A stretch of 64,000 nt of DNA, taken from the IMG/VR virus record IMGVR_UViG_3300044213_000107, positions 186,001-250,000 of that record. The stretch is one strand, 5' to 3'. This document shows, in pieces, positions 16,546 through 26,083 of this stretch. Positions within the stretch are counted from its first letter, which is position 1; each line of letters starts with the position of its first letter. Position numbers and translations under genes: made by a program. The notes beneath the pieces were generated by a model. The model did not search any database. It saw nothing but the letters and a program-made list of their open reading frames with translations, and had not been told where the DNA came from.

Positions 16546-16621
16546 TGGTACTCGGTAGGGAATTCGAATCCCTGTTCACGCCGTGAAAGGGCGTTGTCCT
16601 AGGCCTCTAGACGAACCGAGC
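16546..16621 (-). tRNA. tRNA-Glu(TTC)
   Basis: ACGCC-CTTTCAC-GGCGT. Confidence 0.95.
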
Positions 16622-16630
16622 ATACTTGTT

Positions 16631-16709
16631 TGGCGACTTGTAGGGGATTTGAACCCCTGATCTCTACCGTGACAGGGTAGCGCATTAAGCCAGACTATGC
16701 TAACAAGCC
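16631..16709 (-). tRNA. tRNA-Asp(GTC)
   Basis: CTACC-CTGTCAC-GGTAG, G73. Confidence 0.95.
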
Positions 16710-16714
16710 AAATT

Positions 16715-16952
16715 CTCTATATGTAAACATACCTAAGGAACTCTTGAACAATATGGACTCTGCCGGCACCACGGGTTCGTCTCCCGATTGGGTTCATTCG
16801 TTATTACAGCCTACATGATCTGTCAGTACACTCGTACAGTATCTTGCGATCCGTAACTACCTTCATGTGCACTGCATACTCCGCCCCGGCGAGCTGTCCC
16901 CTTTGCAAGCACCTAACAGTATAGGTAACCTTTTGTACGTTTACATATAGAG
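16715..16952 (-). ncRNA. candidate structured RNA (238 nt) heading the tRNA transcript
   Basis: 18-bp closing stem CTCTATATGTAAACGTAC/GTATGTTTACATATAGAG; inner GCCGG/CCGGC, GGAC/GTCC, ACATGA/TCATGT, CGGG/CCCG helices. Confidence 0.65.
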
Positions 16953-16985
16953 GCTATTGTTTACAATAGCTTATATGTGATTAAC

Positions 16986-17156
16986 TTTTTAAAGAACACA
17001 GTTAATTGCTTAACAAGCATGTATTGTAACACCTTTTTGGACAATTAGCAAGTGTTTTTTACTGCTGTTGCTGATTTGCTACAACGTTTGTTCGATAACA
17101 AACTAGTTAATTTCTTAACTTGTATCTATTATAGCACCAAATAATAACCCGCACAA
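16986..17156 (-). promoter_or_regulatory. tandem sigma70 promoters, each followed by a GNRA hairpin, then a boxA-like site
   Basis: P1 TTGTGC-N17-TATAAT (17156-17128), GTTAA-GAAA-TTAAC (17106-17119); P2 TTGCTA-N17-TACAAT (17051-17023), GTTAA-GCAA-TTAAC (17001-17014); GTTCTTTAAAAA (16986-16997). Confidence 0.7.
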
Positions 17157-17189
17157 TCTTCGGGTTTTGGGTGTTGTTTTTTAATAACA

Positions 17190-17212
17190 TGGAGTAGGTG
17201 ACAGGACTTGAA
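17190..17212 (-). pseudogene. 3' remnant (T-loop to CCA) of an ancestral tRNA, probably Cys
   Basis: TTCAAGT-CCTGT-CACCTAC-T-CCA, U73. Confidence 0.8.
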
Positions 17213-17247
17213 ATATATATTATTTCGTTTTGAACATAAATAATAAC

Positions 17248-18033
17248 ATGAACACCTGTCAACAATGTACTTCATTATTTGCTCAAACTCCTGGAACGTA
17301 CGGTAAATTTTGCTCTGTATCCTGTAGTAGTAAGTTTAATAATAAAATTAGACGCCAACAGACTACGGAAAACTATTTATTAAATCCAAAAGTTTGTAAA
17401 AATTGCAATTCAATCATAAATTATTCTCAAAGAAAAAGTAATATTTTTTGTAGCCGATCCTGCGCCGCTGTGTTTAATAATGCCAAAAAAGATTGGACTA
17501 ATATTAAAACTGGGCCGACACCTAAACAAAAGGCACCGAAATTAAAAAGAAAAGCGAGAACTAATACTATCCCAGATGCAGACGGACCATACACTATTAT
17601 ATACCTATGCACTTGCAAATTTACTGGAAAAAAATGGTACTCCCCAACAGTTAAGACCATACACCCATCAACAATATCAACTAAAAAATTGTATTCTTAT
17701 CAATGTAGATTTAACTTTGGTATTAAGTCGTACCCTGAATGGTTTGCTTATGCATCAAATTTAATAAACACTAACGGCTGGTACTCAGCCTCTAATAGAG
17801 GTAATAATTTATCTGGATGTTCTCGTGATCATTTGTATTCAGTATCGGATGGATACAAAAACAATATAGATCCTAAAATAATATCTCATCCTGCAAACTG
17901 TGAGATAATTCCGCACAGGAAAAATCAGAGTAAAAACAAGACTTCGTCGATTACATTAGAAGAACTAAAAGAAAGAATCAAAAAATTTAATCAAAAATAT
18001 TTGGAGATGCCAGATGGGGTCGAGCCATCCTAG
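17248..18033 (+). CDS. HNH-family endonuclease with two Cys-rich zinc-finger repeats
   Basis: CQQC...FCSVSC and CKNC...FCSRSC; SRDHLYSV...HPANCEIIPHRKNQSK; start taken at ATG 17248 (TAAATA-N5-ATG) rather than TTG 17230. Confidence 0.8.
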   Translation: MNTCQQCTSLFAQTPGTYGKFCSVSCSSKFNNKIRRQQTTENYLLNPKVCKNCNSIINYSQRKSNIFCSRSCAAVFNNAKKDWTNIKTGPTPKQKAPKLKRKARTNTIPDADGPYTIIYLCTCKFTGKKWYSPTVKTIHPSTISTKKLYSYQCRFNFGIKSYPEWFAYASNLINTNGWYSASNRGNNLSGCSRDHLYSVSDGYKNNIDPKIISHPANCEIIPHRKNQSKNKTSSITLEELKERIKKFNQKYLEMPDGVEPS

Positions 18034-18075
18034 AAAGTTTTGCAGGCTTCCACCTAACCGCTCGGACATGGCATC
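18002..18075 (-). tRNA. tRNA-Cys(GCA) with non-canonical T-loop
   Basis: GATGCCA/TGGCATC, U73, loop CTGCAAA, T arm GATGG-CTCGACC-CCATC; overlaps the HNH C-terminus antisense. Confidence 0.85.
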
Positions 18076-18101
18076 GTAATATAAAAATTTTAGTGTGGTA
18101 G

Positions 18102-18117
18102 TTCGGCGCACACCTAC
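18102..18117 (-). pseudogene. 5' remnant of the ancestral tRNA
   Basis: GTAGGTG-TG-CGCCGAA; GTAGGTG is the exact partner of CACCTAC at 17194-17200. Confidence 0.65.
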
Positions 18118-18125
18118 ATAATAAA

Positions 18126-18218
18126 TGGTGGAAGCGGTGAGACTCGAACTCACACACCCTGTTGAGAGCCCTCAGTTTTCAAGACTGCTGCCGCTATGCC
18201 GATTCGGCTAACGCTTCC
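18126..18218 (-). tRNA. tRNA-Ser(TGA)
   Basis: Loop CTTGAAA, long variable arm. Confidence 0.93.
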
Positions 18219-18220
18219 AA

Positions 18221-19402
18221 TTATACTGGGAATACTTCCCTAAAATTTGTTTTTCTTATACGATCTAACATACCAATATATTCGTTAAATGTATTGATTA
18301 AGTTAGGATTGTGCACAGCATTTTCCAATGAGTTTATTGTAAATTTAATCGCTGATATATAGTTATATCGCAGATAATGCGTTAAAGGAATCTGAGATTT
18401 TAGTTCTTGCAAATCGAGAATAAATTGATTTCTTTGTGCATCTGTTAACACTTCTATGTCTAAATATGGTTTAGACATTAATCTACCAACATTCACAGCA
18501 TATGAGTTATCAACACAATATTGAATTAATGGTATCAACGCCCAGAAACTTGTATACTGTAGTGTATGGCCAATGGTAATAGGATTATTAGGCCATGTAG
18601 GATTAGGACGTGTGGCTAATTTTTTAATATTAGCATCTACGGTTGCCCACTCACTACCATATCTAACATATTCTGTATGTTGCTCGGTACCTTCTAAACT
18701 TACAACTATTGCAACAGATTTAAATTTTGAAATACAATCGTATACTTCATCTGTTAATGTTGTACCGTTTGTGGTAACTGTTAAATTTAATTGCTCCGGA
18801 TGCGGAATGCTTTTTAACATTGCAATAGCATTAGGAGTTATAAGTGGCTCGCCACCTGTTAAAAAAATATGTTCAACATTTTCTAATAGTCGAGGCTCCA
18901 GCTCTTGATATTCATCTGTTTCAAACCAATTTCTTTTTTGTATAAATTGATCATCATGAGTTAAGTGAACAAAATTTTTATATTGTTCTCTATTCATTTT
19001 TACTTCAGTTTCTATACTAGAACTGCAATAAGGATTACACATTATACATTTTAAATTACAGTGATTGCCAAATTCAACATGTAAATGTTTTATGCCATAA
19101 GATTTATCTGGTGAAAAATCTTGTCTAATAAAATTTTCAAATGTGCGATTACCATTTATTCTGTACGACGATGATCCATTGTCTTCTTCGTCCCAACAAC
19201 GACTACAACCTTCATGTCTTTGGCCATTGTCTAGTTCTTGACTAATTTTAATAACTTTTGTTTGTCGCCAACGATCAAATTGATCATATTTATCAACCAA
19301 ATTACCATCTTTTATTTGATAATTACAACAAGGTGTAAGTGTGCCGTCTGTGCGAATATTAACACCAATATGCGAATGTATACAAAATGTTTCTTGATTC
19401 AT
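18221..19402 (-). CDS. radical SAM protein with SPASM/twitch-type cluster
   Basis: CNLKCIMC, TGGEP, LTPCC...CSRC; start likely ATG 19402 (TATAAATA-N5-ATG); track gives 19423. Confidence 0.9.
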   Translation of the reverse strand: MNQETFCIHSHIGVNIRTDGTLTPCCNYQIKDGNLVDKYDQFDRWRQTKVIKISQELDNGQRHEGCSRCWDEEDNGSSSYRINGNRTFENFIRQDFSPDKSYGIKHLHVEFGNHCNLKCIMCNPYCSSSIETEVKMNREQYKNFVHLTHDDQFIQKRNWFETDEYQELEPRLLENVEHIFLTGGEPLITPNAIAMLKSIPHPEQLNLTVTTNGTTLTDEVYDCISKFKSVAIVVSLEGTEQHTEYVRYGSEWATVDANIKKLATRPNPTWPNNPITIGHTLQYTSFWALIPLIQYCVDNSYAVNVGRLMSKPYLDIEVLTDAQRNQFILDLQELKSQIPLTHYLRYNYISAIKFTINSLENAVHNPNLINTFNEYIGMLDRIRKTNFREVFPV

Positions 19403-19432
19403 AGTGATATTTATATGCAACATATATTGTAA

Positions 19433-19674
19433 TATTCTAAAACTGATTAGTTTCGGGAGATGTCCGTCCTATACAACCGGCCCTTTCAATGAGCCTGTAA
19501 AATATTCTTCTACTCAGTTTTAGAATACCCTTTATTGCTAGAGGATATGATAGGGTCAATACCCTACCCAGGAGTCTTACTAATCGGTTTCCGCCCGACG
19601 TTCATGTATCCTGTCCGCCCGTTTGTGCTAGTTAAAGTGAGCACGGGACCTCGTTTCCCTTGAGCACTCGATTC
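19433..19674 (-). ncRNA. candidate structured RNA of about 240 nt
   Basis: 14-bp helix TATTCTAAAACTGA (19433-19446 / 19514-19527), TAGGGT-ATTG-ACCCTA, CCCGT/ACGGG; GC-rich non-coding island. Confidence 0.55.
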
Positions 19675-19824
19675 TTAGCGTTTTTGCATCTTGCCTGCAA
19701 GTTTTTTTATTGCAGCAATATGCAGTTCTGCTCTACGTACTTTACTCTCTATTAAAGCAACTCGTTGTTCTGGTGTTAGAACATGTTGCTCTTTGAGAGG
19801 TTTAGTATTCTTTTTTTCTAACAT
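19675..19824 (-). CDS. 49-aa basic protein, first gene after the attenuator (not in the ORF track)
   Basis: MLEKKNTKPLKEQHVLTPEQRVALIESKVRRAELHIAAIKKLAGKMQKR*, AAAGGA SD. Confidence 0.7.
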   Translation of the reverse strand: MLEKKNTKPLKEQHVLTPEQRVALIESKVRRAELHIAAIKKLAGKMQKR

Positions 19825-19837
19825 CTTTTTCCTTTGT

Positions 19838-19875
19838 AAAAAACAAAACCCCGGAGTGTTTAGTTCCGGGGTTCT
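19838..19875 (-). terminator. intrinsic terminator of the putative attenuator
   Basis: AACCCCGGA-N9-TCCGGGGTT followed by TTGTTTTTT. Confidence 0.85.
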
Positions 19876-19897
19876 GTGAATCTCAACTAAACAGTTA

Positions 19898-20023
19898 CTA
19901 AGATTTAAGAACCCCTACACGATCATTATTAATACTTGTTGAACGCACAGATTCGCACCAAAAGGCTGGTGTTAGCTGTTTGCCTAACATATAATAATGA
20001 TTGCTAATGAGTTTGTTTAACAT
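19898..20023 (-). CDS. putative attenuator leader peptide (41 aa)
   Basis: MLNKLISNHYYMLGKQLTPAFWCESVRSTSINNDRVGVLKS*; contains all 20 amino acids; GGGGTTCT near the stop can pair with the 5' arm of the terminator. Confidence 0.65.
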   Translation of the reverse strand: MLNKLISNHYYMLGKQLTPAFWCESVRSTSINNDRVGVLKS

Positions 20024-20030
20024 AGTATCT

Positions 20031-20059
20031 ATTGTAGTATATTTATCTTTATTCGTCAA
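20031..20059 (-). promoter_or_regulatory. composite sigma70 plus late promoter of the leader
   Basis: TTGACG-N17-TACAAT with TAAATA in the spacer; ATG 7 nt after the -10 box. Confidence 0.75.
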
Positions 20060-20078
20060 CTATTTATTTATCCAAAAA

Positions 20079-20396
20079 TTATCCATGAATAATTGTTTCG
20101 TCGTCGAAATAACCTTGCGTAAGAGCAGTTAACTCAGGACTTGGCGTTGGTATATCCGGTGCGTTTTCTGCGCTTACTTCTTCCCAGCCGACTACAACAC
20201 CATTTTCAACGATTTCTGTTGCAGTAGAATGCCCGGCTGCTTGGTGTGCTTGTTTTTCGGCTGTGTGTTGTTCCCACAAAGTTTTAAATTTAGTTAAGTC
20301 ATCGCCTGTTAAATGGTCATTTACCCACTGTTCAATAGAATACGGAACTTTTGTTCCATCTGGCATTACCTTAACTGCAATCTTTTTTGTTGTCAT
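20079..20396 (-). CDS. hypothetical protein
   Basis: 105 aa, AAGGAG SD, TAAATA upstream. Confidence 0.7.
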   Translation of the reverse strand: MTTKKIAVKVMPDGTKVPYSIEQWVNDHLTGDDLTKFKTLWEQHTAEKQAHQAAGHSTATEIVENGVVVGWEEVSAENAPDIPTPSPELTALTQGYFDDETIIHG

Positions 20397-20455
20397 AATA
20401 GACTCCTTTAGTATATGTTTATATTTAGTTTTCTTTATAAAAAAGAATACAATAC

Positions 20456-21778
20456 CTATTTTTTAAACCATTGGTATACAATTGATTCTGCAGGTTTGTT
20501 TCTAATACTTTGACTGATATTAGGGAAAGTTGTGTGAGCTTGGATATTATCAGCTAACCAATATGAATTGATAGAAAACGACTCTACATTAACATATTGT
20601 TGTTCGTTAATTGTTTCTAACATAGATTCATAAGCAATTGCTTGAACACTAAAATCTGTAGTTAATGTAGCAGCACAATTTAGTGACCAACACCCGCTGT
20701 CTTCTACCCAGCCCTGGCTTAGGGTATGATTCCAACTTTGTACTTGTGCAACTATTTCTATCGGCTTTGTTGTACCGTATGTGTTTTGGGCACCATGCAA
20801 TGTTGTTGCATAATAGGGTTTAAGTACTGCAACACTAAGATTTTGTTCATCAGATGAACTAATTCTTCCCACTAATGATCCAATTGTTACAACAATTTTA
20901 TCTACAGAATCTGTAACCGATTTGCTATATACCCAGGATTGTTCTAGTACTAATTTACCAGAATAAATAGCTCTTAATTTATTTGCTAGATTGACCAATG
21001 ATTGTTCTCTTATACCTGCAAAATTTGTAAAGTCAGGAGTCCAATCGTCCCAATCTAAAGTCATGCTTTCATACCCAGAAGATTGTAATATGACTGCCTG
21101 CGATGTCATATAGTTACTATATGCGGTATATAAATCACTAAGCCATTGATTATTTGTAATGACTAAATTCTGCCCGACACTATCTGTAGTACATATCTGC
21201 ATTTTATAACGAATATTAAGTCCAATTGCATGAGCTTGTTGTGCCATCCAGGTTAAGTCTGCGGCAGGAATGCTTTCTCTTCCAAAAAGTGAAAAATCTT
21301 GTCCTGGCGTACTTGCTGATGCTATACAAATATATTGAGGTACTGTTACATATGTGCCACCTAATGCTTTTATTCTCTGTATTGTTTGCACAAATGCAGT
21401 ATGCATATCTGAATTACACCCTGGATTATTTGGTGTTTTTTGACTACCTGGATCTAACCAACTATCTTTTATAGTCAGACCCAATTGAAGAGTAGCCGGC
21501 ATGTGTCCCGATACAGCAGGCAAAGGAAATGCGCCTTGATATGATGCAGGATATTGAACTGTTGTAGTAGATAACAAACATGTATCGTCGACTACCGGCA
21601 ATGTTTGAATTTGTGTATATGTACCGGGATATGTATTTGCGGTAATGTTGGTATTGATTGCCACAAAAGATCCTGTTTGTGGTTGGACCGGGACTGAGGT
21701 CGATGCACCACCACCTCCGCATGCGGTTAATATCAAAGATGCAGAAAAAAGTAATACTAAAGTTTTAAACATATGCAT
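20456..21778 (-). CDS. lipoprotein with a putative glycoside hydrolase-like TIM barrel (GH113-like)
   Basis: Lipobox LILTAC followed by GGGG; the fold call is a weak pattern impression. Confidence 0.55.
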   Translation of the reverse strand: MHMFKTLVLLFSASLILTACGGGGASTSVPVQPQTGSFVAINTNITANTYPGTYTQIQTLPVVDDTCLLSTTTVQYPASYQGAFPLPAVSGHMPATLQLGLTIKDSWLDPGSQKTPNNPGCNSDMHTAFVQTIQRIKALGGTYVTVPQYICIASASTPGQDFSLFGRESIPAADLTWMAQQAHAIGLNIRYKMQICTTDSVGQNLVITNNQWLSDLYTAYSNYMTSQAVILQSSGYESMTLDWDDWTPDFTNFAGIREQSLVNLANKLRAIYSGKLVLEQSWVYSKSVTDSVDKIVVTIGSLVGRISSSDEQNLSVAVLKPYYATTLHGAQNTYGTTKPIEIVAQVQSWNHTLSQGWVEDSGCWSLNCAATLTTDFSVQAIAYESMLETINEQQYVNVESFSINSYWLADNIQAHTTFPNISQSIRNKPAESIVYQWFKK

Positions 21779-21844
21779 ACCTAGTTAAAAGACATGTGCG
21801 TATTATAATATATTTTTGAATGTTGGACAATTGGTTGTTGCAAA

Positions 21845-24216
<2,372 letters not shown>

Positions 24217-24230
<14 letters not shown>

Positions 24231-24468
24231 TTGTAAGTATCTCTAACGTTAATTTTTTCTTTAGTTCTTCAAGCCTAGGTTCAAGTTGGTAACATGCTTC
24301 CGCTATTTCATTGTCTGTGCCCCATCCAAGTTGGTTATTCAAATGCACAGCCCATTTAGATACCATGTCTTTTTCAAGTTGCAGATCAACTGCGTTGTGT
24401 TTAGGTTTAGCCTTAATACACAAATTAAAATCATCTAACAATGCTTGAGCGTGTTGCTTGATATCCAT
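24217..24468 (-). CDS. hypothetical protein
   Basis: Translationally coupled ORF. Confidence 0.65.
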
Positions 24469-24920
24469 TATACAACAATATCTTCCATGCCCGCAGTCCT
24501 TAATCGCACCACGTGCCCGAGCATAAAGTTTTTACTTTCTATACCTTTCATTACACCTAGCCACTTATTACGTAGTAGTGCAACTTCATTGATAATTGTT
24601 TCCATGTCGATTACTTCATCTTCGGCTTCGGCATATTTTTCAGCATCGCGACTTGTTAGTGCACGCTGATACGCTTCAAGATATTTTTTATAATGTCGCT
24701 GCCGAATTTTCCTTAACTGTATATTTAAATATTCGAGCACCGCTTCAATTTCTTGTAGTTGATTAAACCTGTGCTCAGTAAGCCCGGGTAAATTACTTAG
24801 TGCCTTTTCAACATTACCTGAAATTTTGATCTCACCTTTGGCTGAGCGCAACTCTGCATCATAGTAATCAATAAACTCGGGAATTACACTTAAATCAGCT
24901 ACTATTCTATTATAGAACAT
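24468..24920 (-). CDS. uvsY: recombination mediator UvsY-like protein
   Basis: Y...Y.RALTSRDAEKYAEAEDEVID...INEVALLR; near uvsX. Confidence 0.75.
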   Translation of the reverse strand: MFYNRIVADLSVIPEFIDYYDAELRSAKGEIKISGNVEKALSNLPGLTEHRFNQLQEIEAVLEYLNIQLRKIRQRHYKKYLEAYQRALTSRDAEKYAEAEDEVIDMETIINEVALLRNKWLGVMKGIESKNFMLGHVVRLRTAGMEDIVV

Positions 24921-24944
24921 AGTATACTTTATATAGTAGTTTGA

Positions 24945-25169
24945 TTAATCGTCGTATTCTTCGTATGCATCTTCGTCATCAGATGAATATTCTTTTAGTG
25001 CGCGAGAAAGTGCACTATCAGTTGATCCAAATTCTTTGATTGCATGATCATCTAACATATCAATCATTACACTCATAAGATTATCTGCGGCCTCTTGACG
25101 GTCTTTTACAGGTATATACTGCTTAAGAATTGTATATGCTTCACTTAATACATCCACATCTATACTCAT
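24945..25169 (-). CDS. hypothetical acidic protein
   Basis: 74 aa, coupled ORF. Confidence 0.65.
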   Translation of the reverse strand: MSIDVDVLSEAYTILKQYIPVKDRQEAADNLMSVMIDMLDDHAIKEFGSTDSALSRALKEYSSDDEDAYEEYDD

Positions 25170-25330
25170 TCTTTGGCTCCATATACAGTGTTTTCTAATG
25201 CCTGAAATGTTGTCTCTACTTTCGTCATTGCATCAATAAGATTCTGTTTATCCTCTTCAGATATAGTTTCGGGTAAATCAAAATTTAAACTGTTTACTTT
25301 ATCTTTAAGTTTACTAAGTTGTTCAATCAT
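25166..25330 (-). CDS. small hypothetical protein (54 aa, not in the ORF track)
   Basis: MIEQLSKLKDKVNSLNFDLPETISEEDK...YGAKE*; ATGA overlaps at both ends. Confidence 0.65.
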   Translation of the reverse strand: MIEQLSKLKDKVNSLNFDLPETISEEDKQNLIDAMTKVETTFQALENTVYGAKE

Positions 25331-26034
25331 TTTTCTATCCTTTTAATTTGCCAGCCTTTACATTTTCCTCTTTTTGGTATACTGTTATTTTGTAACGCTT
25401 TTTCCATTGTTGATATAGTCAATTTGTTATCGTTACAGAACTTATAAAACTCACCTACTATTATATATTCTATTCCTCCTGGAGATATAAAAATATATGT
25501 TTTGCTATTATTTTTATTACCTTTCATTCTAATAGAATGTGCTTGTTTGTTTTTTACAGAATGATGTTTTCCGTAAAATGGATTTAATTTGCCGGACCTT
25601 GCTATTTTCCGTTTTGTTTCTTCAGAGTGCGGTTTACGACCAATAGTTTTACAAGTTTCTATATAGCTTTTTACTCTATTCGTAACATGAGTTGCACTTT
25701 GTTTCTTACCTTTCCAACTTGGTGGTCTGTTGTCTACACATATATTTGTTAATATGCCGCCTGGATCAATATTTTCTCTACCATATTTTTTAATAAAAGT
25801 AGTTTCTATAATATATGCTTCGTCCTCATCTACTATATTATCCACTAGAATATTGACAGGAATTTCATATCCTGCTTGCTTTAGATAGTTTATTTTAAAA
25901 ATTTTGTGTCTATTACTGGTATTTTCTATAGATTCATTAAAATGATCAAGATGTCTATTGTTTATCTTTAATCCTTTGCCTATATAAAACGGTAGGTTGG
26001 TTCTTATATCCATTAGAGCGTAAATGTAATACAT
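25327..26034 (-). mobile_element. free-standing GIY-YIG homing endonuclease with NUMOD3-like repeats
   Basis: YYIYAL...PFYIGKG...R..DH...E...IKKYGR...LTN; HSEETKRKI, NPFYGKHHS. Confidence 0.9.
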
Positions 26035-26083
26035 AGCAGTTCTCCTACATTTATTTATCTAAACTGCTATGTATCCGTAAATA

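Noticed and set aside
10696-18362. Track ORFs overlapping tRNA genes (10696-10965, 12990-13265, 14394-14665, 16194-16493, 17965-18153, 18162-18362)
   Set aside because: Translations of tRNA sequence or antisense frames, with no SD or protein motifs.
16715-19674. RNase P RNA, 6S or GOLLD/ROOL identity for the structured RNAs
   Set aside because: The conserved RNase P motifs (GAGGAAAGUCC, ACAGAA.CCGGCUUA) are absent and lengths do not fit GOLLD or ROOL; cannot be excluded without a covariance search.
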